Origin: a virus
Length of the DNA: 64,000 bases
IMG/VR virus record: IMGVR_UViG_3300031992_000005
Location: 289,026 to 353,025 of that record
Reading direction: 5' to 3' (one strand)
Within the stretch, counting starts at the first letter, position 1. Each line of letters starts with the position of its first letter. This document shows, piece after piece, positions 45,901-53,362 of the stretch. The position numbers and the translations under genes are program-made. The notes beneath the pieces are model-generated. The model did no database searches. It saw only the letters and a list, made by a program, of their open reading frames with translations, and was not told where the DNA came from.

Positions 45901-48627
45901 TTGATTAGTGCTTGGCATCCTAAATGGTTCTCATTCGGAGCAGACGTCGATACCATTAATTCCTTTGAAAACTACATGGGTAGAGAGACTTCTACTACAG
46001 TTACCACAGTAATGAATGTTTTCTATGATATTATAGAAAAAATTAGAACAATAGGAGCAAATAACGCCAATACCTCTGGATACCAGTATGTTAGATTAAA
46101 GATAATCTCGGATAATAAAAGCAATCCTACAGTCATAGACCATTTTAAAGCATCTGACTTCTTCTTCCCAAGTAAAGAAGAAACAACACGTTACCCTACT
46201 AAGGTAGAGACCCTACAGCTCATTAGTTTTAGTGGTGATGCTATAGTAGATTTTAGTGGTTTGTTTAGTTACGGACATTGGAATAGTCTAAATACGATCT
46301 ATAGATTTGAATTTGAAACTACCAATACAAGCGGAAATAGTATTAGAGTAAATAATATTATGGGCTTAGACGGTCTATTCAATCTTGGATATCTTGAAGT
46401 AACCTTGCCTCCTTTAGAAGGAGGTATTTTGGACTCTTTTAGAGTAGATTTCGATTCTCCGTTAACAATTACCAGTAGATTGGATGGTTTAACTTATACA
46501 GGACAAACTTTTATTGATCTATATGGTTTTGTAGCTTGGGAAAATTACAGAGGCAAGACTGTAGATTTCTTTAGAAGAGAATATACTTCAAGTGGATACT
46601 CAGATTGGGATGAGGGTAACTTCACAATAAGAAAGTACATATCCTACGATAACTTTAAAAGTCTGTGTGGAATACTATTTAACAGTAATTGTAATTGGAC
46701 CGGATTTAGTAACCTATTTAGAAATTGTACAGTCGTGGCTAGTCCAGATCAGCACGTTGTTATAGAACTTACTGATAAAGATACTAGTGAAGATGATAGT
46801 TTAAGCATGACGGGGGTTAAGTCAATTAATTCAATGTTTGATAATTTCCGTATCATCAGAAAACAACCTGGCTACACTATTACAAAGGAAGATTTAGTTG
46901 ATAGCAATTATTTAGAAAGTGAATACGTAGAATTTAACTATGATAGACTATTAGGTATCTTTCCAAGCCTGACAAGTGCTGCTTTTGCGTTTAGAAACGT
47001 GAAATTTAAAAGAGCATTGCCAATTGATTTTTGGAGGAAAAGGAAAAAAACAACTGAAGACGTTTATATAAAAATAGATGATAGTGGGTTGGATATATAT
47101 CAAAGTCCTGATGAAAACTATTTTAATAATGAAGTTTTAGGAAGATATTTTAAAAAAGCCACGCTATACACGTATAGTTATAACCTAGATTTAGAAAACC
47201 TACAGAGCTGTTTTTATAATACTAAGTGGTTTTATGGAATAGAAAATGGAGAGACTATTCAGGCTAAAAACTTTAATCCAGAACAACTAAGTGATGTTCC
47301 TAAAAACTCAATAGTTATTGATTCTACTGGAGAAGTTATAGATGAGGTTGGCTACTACTATTATAAGTTGGCAAGTGGAAGTAACAATGCCGAAATTGGC
47401 GGCACTATTACAAAAATCTATTATTGGACACTTACAAAGCAAGTAAATGGTCTGGAATCATCTACGGAATTCTCTGACATAGCAGAATTAACTCCAGAAT
47501 CTAATCCTGAGGGTATAGGAGAATATGTAGAAGAGTGTACAATAAACGGATCGGGAGACACTATTAAGAACTACTCAGTATCAAATACTGCTAACGCCAT
47601 TAGTAGATCCTTCATTGCACCAGATATCCTTTATCCAATAAAACCTAACTGTTCACTTAGAAACACGTTCTATTCAGATGGTTCAGATTCAATGGAGGGA
47701 TTGATTCCTAAAAATCTATTAAAAAATTCAACTTCACCTAATATTAACGGATTATTGACTAACCAATCCATTATTCCTAGGAAAATAGGCGTTCTTGAAC
47801 AGACTGACTCGTCAAATCCTCCTAAAGTGGAAAGAGTTAGCTATTATACATTCGTTCCCGAGAACTTTACTCGAATAACATCATTAGAGGGCGCATTTAA
47901 GTTTAAAATACTATTACCTAATAGTAGCACAGAAAGTGGTGATACTATTTCATACAGTAAATACTACATATTGCTGAATACTTCTTTTAAGAATAATAGG
48001 TCAAGTATTACAGCTTTCAGAAATCCTTTCCCAGAATACTGCATAGATGGTGACAATACAACGGTGGGACTCTGGAGAACTAGTACGAATGGATGGTATA
48101 ACACTGCGAATACTTCATATGATAAAGTCCTCTACTACGGTTTAATGTATAACCCAGAATACGATACTAATGGTGTTTTGGTAGGAGGTTCGGAAGGTAT
48201 TGATATTTCAACCAGTGGATTTAGAAATGCAACCTTCGACAATATGTTAACAGCTGGAGGAACGAGTAATAAAGGTAAAGGTACTGTAATAATGAGATAC
48301 TTAACAGGTTATTTATTTAGTTATAATACAACACTAAACCAAATCAAGAGAGCTGCAACCAGTTCTTCTAGTTCGACTCTTAATCCTATATTTGGTACTT
48401 TCTATCATTATCAGTATCAAAATTGTGAAAACTTTACTAACAAAGCACTAATTCTTCCAGGAATAACGGGACAGCCAGGAGCATTTAATAATAGTAACTT
48501 TATAGCATTCAGTTATGACTTTTTAGTACATAAATCACAATTACCTCAAGGAAATAAGAATAATTATGACGAGTTTATAAAAAGTTCTGACCCTAATGCA
48601 AAAGTCGTACTATATCCTCGAGATTAA
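39976..48627 (+). CDS. Giant (2883 aa) fibre-like protein with CotH-kinase-like region and leucine-rich repeats
   Basis: N-terminal coiled coil (MENLWSRTAKLENYLKWIY) then a poly-Gly linker (GGVGGTGGGGE). Domains are listed separately. Confidence 0.6.
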   Translation: MKRPNKNSATNGNIVFDDDITMTGTNKAFGKDLHSAMENLWSRTAKLENYLKWIYKYGGVGGTGGGGETATSYTVYAELNHRKVVEDPTAFINLGSSGTFPLLIKISKPGGASYKVNCTFTDNTGSIINTINETLNLDNSYTLERVVNISKNGVLNIKVTDSIYNETTPLSTRYITDPYRFTGDLINNSGRAYSNEIFTSDILSNGLYLRLNYQISVATEVSYKLKVTTPKLTFNSEGFTAMEDLIVSNTEEGDYIIDIIQFLRKFDYGLTESNSGNYSISVELQTKIVGDLETNSYTPLKTPISFTIVPKTLYLLVQSTSGTLYQVEQEPDSVSTDDLFSPGSITFKVKPYFENVIGKSCTIDYKLGDEFEWQTISTNLRDTQQITIYSTRPGENSISFVLKYDNKKYPTQEQSNVGEGTYYFYIKNSTFDGGWWHQFEKNTDRPFYDDLNHYFKVTEWSPEFNPFNATFGRNPIKQTVNKSPVTLTNLTCPTGSDGFNTIVNIGIEYNTINEDGAPILKITAYDDTELTLYQNRITLGANSIEDDRLFIPKTDYSSFTGLNNTEDYHLISIVSRQVKKLGNTDNRGREVIIYIDGVIEACFKTFLYSPGTPSNNLTVKDISLYSVNANFNLFDIAYFSPIESKVSTEYYIPEDVTIYQYYLKYKETLLSKTLTEEEINLLTYYDNIDFNPENGDIFCSEDAMNNIARNLNVPVMAILVDDNKNGNYKDLLGGYYLESSTEELETKATLKWSGLKGKTSLTDISFPNRTISNTGSYIDWTSNIHFYVKIQGSSTKGYHIKNYTLTLKDDENLYIPLFSPNFKNNDTTTFLPEHSFTLKADVVDSSHSNNTSIGNFVNDITTKFKTSPTSVDDAFSGYIKNCLTGFPFLIFMKFIDPNKSPDAQDENYYYHGVYNFNLGRESEYNLGYKDYNVFCDSNGKSILEDAPDSGGFSFHMVTKSSSVVKNGVITAEIQGNSSFLDFSQFDESLLFQNDSVSDENVTTMFGKITDENPDVSYIRGENLQNQDARNILQRFVEKVTYAGGYVFTQLKKTFSDDGSAGVLYGYGSKPPQGYKAVGKIKVWNEDLGEIEEKTLPLNQVPNYRHQFIRTVSGITPKAGLTRPGTLNDLMDLVRKDENDPDAGIPLLDFDSVSEYYTICMAFGLIDSVQKNLTLKTWTADKESGLGTFYVAFYDMDTCLGIDNAGKKVNYTAFSDYWTKNESESDGTSTSETTSSGTVSYKTITPISATVYRDYSPSGGEYFDVASSYLFAIPKYATYIAGKLNLNASDSAFTEKITNWPRQLWEKWRSRRNPSDHKIGCLESADYFIKTYFSNNLGSVGIPLINANYRAKYLVQLYYSGDTTNSKDELGKFNGTRIARVKEWLNNRLHLLDAYFNIARGVNNPIMFYRECNEEIDGEMQTFYKYTSTEEDTSADHYMSEPTISEYTSATNPDVYINSDIFDKLSLQSSIPFVVTVRAKENSPLIITCANWTKRYLIGGNNYYQIPVPVSGTQAYRLLGSKNWTYMDSINGFHLDGTFYINTQYIDQLVGDDNSSEAKELTFDNSATDNILMPSLKTISLTSPKYKGTLKLVGTNYTNLGTIDLSNSRIGLNMQNTTCTELNLSNVNGSNNQYNIVDCLNLSKITIVSAYMSSLIIKPIHPDIITKNCETSFGKVTSSNVINLANITPTTSNNQNTPFGKTGSGFYLKNTHIREINISNTKINEDRSRIEIDGDDTLYSITIAGFSVVVIKNCQNLNKINISDPEAGIGGDKLRRLCIQNCGNAGTDLTINSTERGHLNLTDFSDLNFVNFRECTNITSIEFSNTGVYLDYDAFYSDSNLSTIDGKAYIIGTTTTGTRIRPTFYLCKNFKLTKSNGTTCCDLFVIEQAVSLNSTFSIGNSISKEGEGKITRTLAKTFIERIPTNNNITDITNMFCGNRIEYNETLLVSDIKSTKNYIDMSVFKKVTNVSGAFNYNLISAWHPKWFSFGADVDTINSFENYMGRETSTTVTTVMNVFYDIIEKIRTIGANNANTSGYQYVRLKIISDNKSNPTVIDHFKASDFFFPSKEETTRYPTKVETLQLISFSGDAIVDFSGLFSYGHWNSLNTIYRFEFETTNTSGNSIRVNNIMGLDGLFNLGYLEVTLPPLEGGILDSFRVDFDSPLTITSRLDGLTYTGQTFIDLYGFVAWENYRGKTVDFFRREYTSSGYSDWDEGNFTIRKYISYDNFKSLCGILFNSNCNWTGFSNLFRNCTVVASPDQHVVIELTDKDTSEDDSLSMTGVKSINSMFDNFRIIRKQPGYTITKEDLVDSNYLESEYVEFNYDRLLGIFPSLTSAAFAFRNVKFKRALPIDFWRKRKKTTEDVYIKIDDSGLDIYQSPDENYFNNEVLGRYFKKATLYTYSYNLDLENLQSCFYNTKWFYGIENGETIQAKNFNPEQLSDVPKNSIVIDSTGEVIDEVGYYYYKLASGSNNAEIGGTITKIYYWTLTKQVNGLESSTEFSDIAELTPESNPEGIGEYVEECTINGSGDTIKNYSVSNTANAISRSFIAPDILYPIKPNCSLRNTFYSDGSDSMEGLIPKNLLKNSTSPNINGLLTNQSIIPRKIGVLEQTDSSNPPKVERVSYYTFVPENFTRITSLEGAFKFKILLPNSSTESGDTISYSKYYILLNTSFKNNRSSITAFRNPFPEYCIDGDNTTVGLWRTSTNGWYNTANTSYDKVLYYGLMYNPEYDTNGVLVGGSEGIDISTSGFRNATFDNMLTAGGTSNKGKGTVIMRYLTGYLFSYNTTLNQIKRAATSSSSSTLNPIFGTFYHYQYQNCENFTNKALILPGITGQPGAFNNSNFIAFSYDFLVHKSQLPQGNKNNYDEFIKSSDPNAKVVLYPRD
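42108..44160 (+). other. CotH-like (atypical kinase fold) region (approximate bounds)
   Basis: Ordered matches to CotH landmarks as I recall them: YVKIQGSSTKGYHIKNYTLTLKDDE (R-G-N-S-S ... K-K-S-Y-k-l), FTLKADVVDSSHSNNTSIGNFV, FPFLIFMKF...YYHGVYNFNLGRE (v-N-G-x-Y-x-G-l-Y), GTFYVAFYDMDTCLG (y-x-W-D-x-D-x-x-f-G). Confidence 0.5.
44698..45535 (+). other. Leucine-rich-repeat region (BspA-like, approximate bounds)
   Basis: Successive ~22-25-aa units ending in L/I-x-L/I-x-x-N/C. Examples: LKTISLTSPKY, LGTIDLSNSRI, CTELNLSNVNG, LSKITIVSAYM, IREINISNTKI, LNKINISDPEA, LRRLCIQNCGN, HLNLTDFSDLNFVNFRECTNITSIEFSN. Confidence 0.55.
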
Positions 48628-48646
48628 TCTAACTAAACATTAAGCA

Positions 48647-49738
48647 ATGCCAAGTTATATAGGAACAAATTTCGCATATGATGCCAAAGACTTCCTAGAT
48701 GACCGTATATCAAAGGCTCGCAGTAAGGCAGACTTGAAGAACTGGGACACTGATGTTCCAGAGGGATTTGAGATCTGTCTCTGCGAGTCCCCTGATACGG
48801 GAGGAGTCTGGTATTATTATGATTCAACAAAGAGCTTGGAAGAAACTGGGCATTGGATTCCTAGGGTATCTAGTAGCAGTGAGAATTACGTAAGTGATAA
48901 TCAAGCTGCTAGTATTTCCCTAGTCCAATCCGTAGTTGATTCAAGTCTCTCAGATTTTAAAAGTAAACCAACGATAAAGGATATTAAGGTTATTGGTACT
49001 AATCCAGTGGAAGTAGGAAGTACTGGGCCACAACAGAAATTACAATGGGCAATCGAATATTCTAAGCTAACCTGGAGTGCAGATACGTCTGGTACTGTTA
49101 GGTGGAAATTAGAGAAAGACGAAAGCTCTGATATACAGCCACAGTCTATTACAATTACAGAAAATGGAGTTGTTGCCGCTACCTTAGCAGAAAATAGTAC
49201 TAGTTTCGCAACCACTACTTCTCCAAATTATTGGATAAATAATTTTAATCTTAATGGGAGTAGTACGTTAAAAACAGGAGAAGTAAAAAGTTTCACCTAT
49301 AACGTAAGTTATGTAATAAAAGACCTAGGTATTACACTATCTGGAGGAGCAACTTATTATGTAAGACTTAGAAGATATCGTGGATTAGCTAAGGGAGATA
49401 GTTTAAGAGGTATAGTAGTAGGAAATACTTATGATTATTACAGTAGTAATGGCCCTTTTGTATATAACGTAAGCAAAAGCAGTGACCTTAATGAAGGATA
49501 TAGCTCCTGGAATGTAACCTTTAATTGTAATGGTGGATATCACCCTTACTTTCTTATTCCTGTAGCTAATTATGGCAGTGTCATTCCAGAAAATACAAAA
49601 ATGAATGTTGGTGGTTTTGACATGACTGATTTTACAGTAAAGAGCATCAATATAATTAATCAGCATGGAGTGACTGAGCCTTATTACCTACTATATCTAA
49701 ACAACGAACAGAACGGTACTTTAACAATAAAATATTAA
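48647..49738 (+). CDS. Fibre-like protein sharing N-terminal module with 51248..52588
   Basis: 363 aa. N-terminus NFAYDAKDFLDDR...VPEGFEICLCESPDTGGVWYYY parallels NISYQGKQPNFSRD...LDEGHISLCLETGKRYIFY. Confidence 0.5.
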   Translation: MPSYIGTNFAYDAKDFLDDRISKARSKADLKNWDTDVPEGFEICLCESPDTGGVWYYYDSTKSLEETGHWIPRVSSSSENYVSDNQAASISLVQSVVDSSLSDFKSKPTIKDIKVIGTNPVEVGSTGPQQKLQWAIEYSKLTWSADTSGTVRWKLEKDESSDIQPQSITITENGVVAATLAENSTSFATTTSPNYWINNFNLNGSSTLKTGEVKSFTYNVSYVIKDLGITLSGGATYYVRLRRYRGLAKGDSLRGIVVGNTYDYYSSNGPFVYNVSKSSDLNEGYSSWNVTFNCNGGYHPYFLIPVANYGSVIPENTKMNVGGFDMTDFTVKSINIINQHGVTEPYYLLYLNNEQNGTLTIKY

Positions 49739-49741
49739 TTT

Positions 49742-50335
49742 ATGTTAGTAATTTTAGATCCAGCGCACGGAAGCAATGTATCTGGTAAATGTAGTCCAGA
49801 TAAGAAATTAAGAGAATATCTTTGGTCCAGAGAAATGCTGGGGAGAATAGAGAAGAGATTAAAAGCTGTTGGAATTGATTCTGTCTGGGATTGGACAGGA
49901 ACAACTGAACCTGGCCTGACAAAGAGATGTACCTTAGCTAATGCTATCGCTAAGAATCACTCGGGTAAATCAATCTTTATCTCTTTTCACGTTAATGCAG
50001 CAGGAAGTGATGGAAAATGGCATACAGGCAAAGGATGGGAAATTTATGTTTCCAATAATGCCAGCTCATCTTCCAAAAAGCTTGCTTCATATATAGCAAA
50101 TGCTGCCAAAGCAACAGGTCTTAAGATAAGAACAGAAGATCCTGGCCGCTTATATAAAGTTGCTAGGTTTACTGTTCTGCAGAAAACTTCCATGCCAGCT
50201 GTTTTGGTTGAAAACTTATTCCAGGATAATAAGGAAGAAGTTGATTACCTATTAAGTGAAAAAGGAAAAAATACTCTAACAGAAATTGTAATTAAAGGAG
50301 TATGTGATTACTTTGGAGTAGAATATCATGAGTAA
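49742..50335 (+). CDS. N-acetylmuramoyl-L-alanine amidase (Amidase_3 family) lysin
   Basis: VILDPAHG (Zn ligand His), SFHVNAAGS (second His), PAVLVENLFQDNKEEVDYL (Glu ligand plus the conserved tail). 197 aa, the size of a single catalytic domain. Confidence 0.85.
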   Translation: MLVILDPAHGSNVSGKCSPDKKLREYLWSREMLGRIEKRLKAVGIDSVWDWTGTTEPGLTKRCTLANAIAKNHSGKSIFISFHVNAAGSDGKWHTGKGWEIYVSNNASSSSKKLASYIANAAKATGLKIRTEDPGRLYKVARFTVLQKTSMPAVLVENLFQDNKEEVDYLLSEKGKNTLTEIVIKGVCDYFGVEYHE

Positions 50336-51257
50336 AACAATACAAGTTATAAGTCAAGGAGGAGTAGATATTTTTCCTGCTACGGTAGTTGATGGAGTTG
50401 GATTTGAGCCCGCTAGATGTTCATTATCCAAACTCCTCGACACCTATAATGTTTCAACTCTTTGGCCATTGGAGGAAGGTTATTATACAATAGGAACCGC
50501 AGTAACAGTTCTAGAGGATAACCTAGAATCTTCTCAAAAGATTCCTGGAACTAAAGTGGGATTCCTAAACTCTAATGGCTCTTATGAAGAGTGGGAATAT
50601 TTCGGCGGCAACTTTGCATTTACAAATACTAGTGGATGGAAACGAGTAGATTCTATGGTACTACAGGATCTCCTAGATACCGTGTATCCCTTAGAATCTA
50701 CTATATCAGCATCAATTGACCTCGTTGGAGTAGGGGAATCTTTACAAGGAAGACTCTCTTGGTCTGTTAGTAGAGGAGGAGCTGATGTAAGTGGAGCCGC
50801 AGTGAAGAAATTAAATGGTGCCGTAGTAGATGAAACAGATGGAAAAAATTTAACACTCTTCTCTAATACTAATAAGACTGATGCATATACATTTTCTGCC
50901 ACATATCAGGGAGTTGAAAGTACTAGTACAGTAGAAATAGCTTATGTACACAAAAGCTACGTAGGTTTAATTAATGCAGATATTGAAGAGCCTACCGAAA
51001 ACCAAGTAACAGGACTAGACAGCTATACTATAAAAGAAACAAACTTCTCAAGAACATTCCCTAACCTAAATTATCAGAAAGTATGTGCAGCATTTCCCGC
51101 ATACCTAGGAGATGTAGAGTCTATAAAAGATGCCAATGGATTTGAGTACATTGACTCCTATACTAAAACAACTCTAGACATAGGCGGAATAACTTATAAT
51201 GTCTATGTCCTAACTAATGCAACGACAATTACAAACTTTACACAAGTATGGCTCTAA
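50328..51257 (+). CDS. Fibre-like protein with C-terminal module shared with 33341..35020
   Basis: 309 aa. See the alignment given for 33341..35020. Overlaps the amidase stop by 8 nt. Confidence 0.5.
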   Translation: MSKTIQVISQGGVDIFPATVVDGVGFEPARCSLSKLLDTYNVSTLWPLEEGYYTIGTAVTVLEDNLESSQKIPGTKVGFLNSNGSYEEWEYFGGNFAFTNTSGWKRVDSMVLQDLLDTVYPLESTISASIDLVGVGESLQGRLSWSVSRGGADVSGAAVKKLNGAVVDETDGKNLTLFSNTNKTDAYTFSATYQGVESTSTVEIAYVHKSYVGLINADIEEPTENQVTGLDSYTIKETNFSRTFPNLNYQKVCAAFPAYLGDVESIKDANGFEYIDSYTKTTLDIGGITYNVYVLTNATTITNFTQVWL

Positions 51258-52588
51258 AAATAGGTGATAATATAAGTTATCAAGGTAAACAACCCAATTT
51301 TTCCAGGGATACATTTACAGAGCTTCAAGAAATGGTAAGATTTCCTGAAACCTCCCTAGATGAAGGCCATATTTCTTTGTGCCTAGAAACTGGAAAACGT
51401 TATATCTTCTATTCCACGAATACGATAGATCCTGTTCTTGGAAGATGGAGATTAGTTGTTGACACTGCATTGGACGCCACCTCTGAAAATCCTGTACAAA
51501 ATAAAGTTATATATCAAAAATTTCAAGACCTAGAAACAAATACCAGCGATTCTCATACTGAGCTAGAGCAAAGGGTTATTGATAATGAATTAGTAAACTC
51601 TGCCAGCTTAAATGACCTAAATGATAGGCTGAATGATACCGAAGAAGTCTTAACTACTGCAATAAATGAAATTAAGTCGGACTTAGATACAGAATATACG
51701 ATAAACGGTCATCCCCTGAATGAAAAATCTATAAATCTTACTGCAGAAGATATAGGACTTGGTAATTATGCTGACTATACAAATCCCCTTGACTTACCTA
51801 TTTCGAGAGCTACACAAGAGGCTCTTACTACAAAAGTTGATAAGGTAGAAGGAAGTAGATTAATTACAGAAACAGAAGCTACTCAACTTGCTAATCACCT
51901 AGAAGATAATAATAACCCTCACCAAGTTACAAAAAGTCAACTAGGTCTTGGCAGCTATCCAGAGAATCCACTAGACCTTCCTATCTCAACTGCTACACAA
52001 AATGCTCTTAATGATAAACTTCCTAAGACTGCAAAAGTAAATGGTCACACTTTCTCCACCGATTCAATACCAGAGATTACACTAAGTAAAGCTGATGTTG
52101 GCCTAGGTAGTGTTAATAATACCGCAGACCTAAATAAACCAGTGTCACTTGATACTCTGGCTGCTCTTGATAAAAAAGTTGATAAGGTAGAAGGTAGTAG
52201 ATTATTAACCAGTGAAGAAGCTGAAATAATTGCTGGAATAGAAGATAACGAAAAAGTTACTGCTGCAGCATTAATCGACTTAGAAAATAGGAAAGTTGAT
52301 AAGGTAGATGGAGGTAGATTAATCAATGAAGAAGAAATAGCTAAGATAGCAGGTTTAGCTAAGAAAGAGAAAGTAATTGCTGCCGCTTTGGTTGACCTAG
52401 AAGAGAAAAAAGTCGATAAAGTTGAGGGAAGTAGACTTATTAATGAAGACGAAATAGAAGAAATCGCCGGAATTAAGGATACTGAAAAAGTTGTAGCAAA
52501 TGCAATCCTAGACCTTAATGAAAGACTAGTTGCTCAGGAAAGAATTCTACCCATTACACACGAAATGATAGATTATATGATGCTATGA
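51248..52588 (+). CDS. Tail fibre protein with phage tail-fibre repeats
   Basis: Repeated GLGxxxNxxDLxKPxSxxTxxAL motifs (LGNYADYTNPLDLPISRATQEAL; LGSYPENPLDLPISTATQNAL; GLGSVNNTADLNKPVSLDTLAAL) plus 39-aa tandem repeats. Confidence 0.7.
   Translation: MALKIGDNISYQGKQPNFSRDTFTELQEMVRFPETSLDEGHISLCLETGKRYIFYSTNTIDPVLGRWRLVVDTALDATSENPVQNKVIYQKFQDLETNTSDSHTELEQRVIDNELVNSASLNDLNDRLNDTEEVLTTAINEIKSDLDTEYTINGHPLNEKSINLTAEDIGLGNYADYTNPLDLPISRATQEALTTKVDKVEGSRLITETEATQLANHLEDNNNPHQVTKSQLGLGSYPENPLDLPISTATQNALNDKLPKTAKVNGHTFSTDSIPEITLSKADVGLGSVNNTADLNKPVSLDTLAALDKKVDKVEGSRLLTSEEAEIIAGIEDNEKVTAAALIDLENRKVDKVDGGRLINEEEIAKIAGLAKKEKVIAAALVDLEEKKVDKVEGSRLINEDEIEEIAGIKDTEKVVANAILDLNERLVAQERILPITHEMIDYMML
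52172..52522 (+). repeat. Three tandem 117-nt (39-aa) coding repeats in the fibre gene
   Basis: The GTTGATAAGGTAGA-type unit starts at 52178, 52295 and 52412 (spacing 117 nt). An isolated copy lies at 51836. The peptide unit is KVDKVEGSRL(I/L)xxEEx(E/A)xIAGxxxxEKVxAAALxDLExx. Confidence 0.85.
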
Positions 52589-53040
52589 AACTAATAGGCG
52601 CTGGTTTAAAAGTAACAAGTCCCGCTGGATTATGGGAATATCCACAATTAATTGGGGCTTCTGTTAAGATTGCAAGTAAGTCTGTAAGTAGTGGATTCTT
52701 TGCTGTAGATTCAGAGGATATCTATACAATAAAAGAAATTGGTTTTAGAATATCTAAGTATGGTAAATCCTATACAGTGGTTACATTAAATGAACTACCT
52801 GGAAAAGAATTTGCTTGGAAAGACTTAGAAATAATAGGTCTCCCATTCTGTATATACTGTCCCGCCATTTGTGGAGGATTTTGCTGTGGAGGAGCTATCT
52901 GTGGCTATAACATAGGTAACATCCCAGGAGAACACGAAATTAATGTTGCCGATTATGACAACTTTGAGAGAGTTAATGAAGGTGGATATATGTATAGAAT
53001 CTATGGATATGGAGACAGCGGTGTAAAAAATAAAGAATAA
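52585..53040 (+). CDS. Small protein with dense Cys cluster; positional candidate for fibre assembly factor
   Basis: 151 aa, ATGA-coupled to the fibre gene. Has six Cys within 19 residues (CIYCPAICGGFCCGGAICG). Confidence 0.4.
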   Translation: MKLIGAGLKVTSPAGLWEYPQLIGASVKIASKSVSSGFFAVDSEDIYTIKEIGFRISKYGKSYTVVTLNELPGKEFAWKDLEIIGLPFCIYCPAICGGFCCGGAICGYNIGNIPGEHEINVADYDNFERVNEGGYMYRIYGYGDSGVKNKE

Positions 53041-53042
53041 AT

Positions 53043-53073
53043 AGGTGTATCTCCAATAAAAGGGGATACACCT
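53043..53073 (+). terminator. Stem-loop after 52585..53040
   Basis: 12-bp stem with one G-U pair: AGGTGTATCTCC (53043-53054) pairs with GGGGATACACCT (53062-53073), with a 7-nt loop. No T-run. Confidence 0.35.
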
Positions 53074-53092
53074 CTCCTAAGAAATATTAAAC

Positions 53093-53362
53093 ATGAAGAC
53101 TTATCAGAAAACAAAGTGGGTGGATAATAAGACACCAGTTAATGCTAAGAACCTAAATAAAATAGAAGATGCTATTAGTGACCTATATGACTCTATGGGT
53201 AACGGAAATGCCGTACAGTCACAGACAGTAAAGAAACTAGAATGGGTTACAGGAACAGTAGAAGAACCTGAAGATAATGTCCTCTATTTTATTTTATCAG
53301 AAGAAACAGGAAAACTATCTTCAATCCAAATCGGATCGAACACAATATATACGGTTGAATAA
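53093..53362 (+). CDS. Short fibre-associated protein
   Basis: 89 aa. The N-terminus KTKWVDNKTPVNAKNLNKIEDAISDL matches the W-x-D-x-x-x-(V/I)-x-A-x-x-(L/M)-N-x-I-E motif I recall at N-termini of prophage fibre proteins. Confidence 0.4.
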   Translation: MKTYQKTKWVDNKTPVNAKNLNKIEDAISDLYDSMGNGNAVQSQTVKKLEWVTGTVEEPEDNVLYFILSEETGKLSSIQIGSNTIYTVE

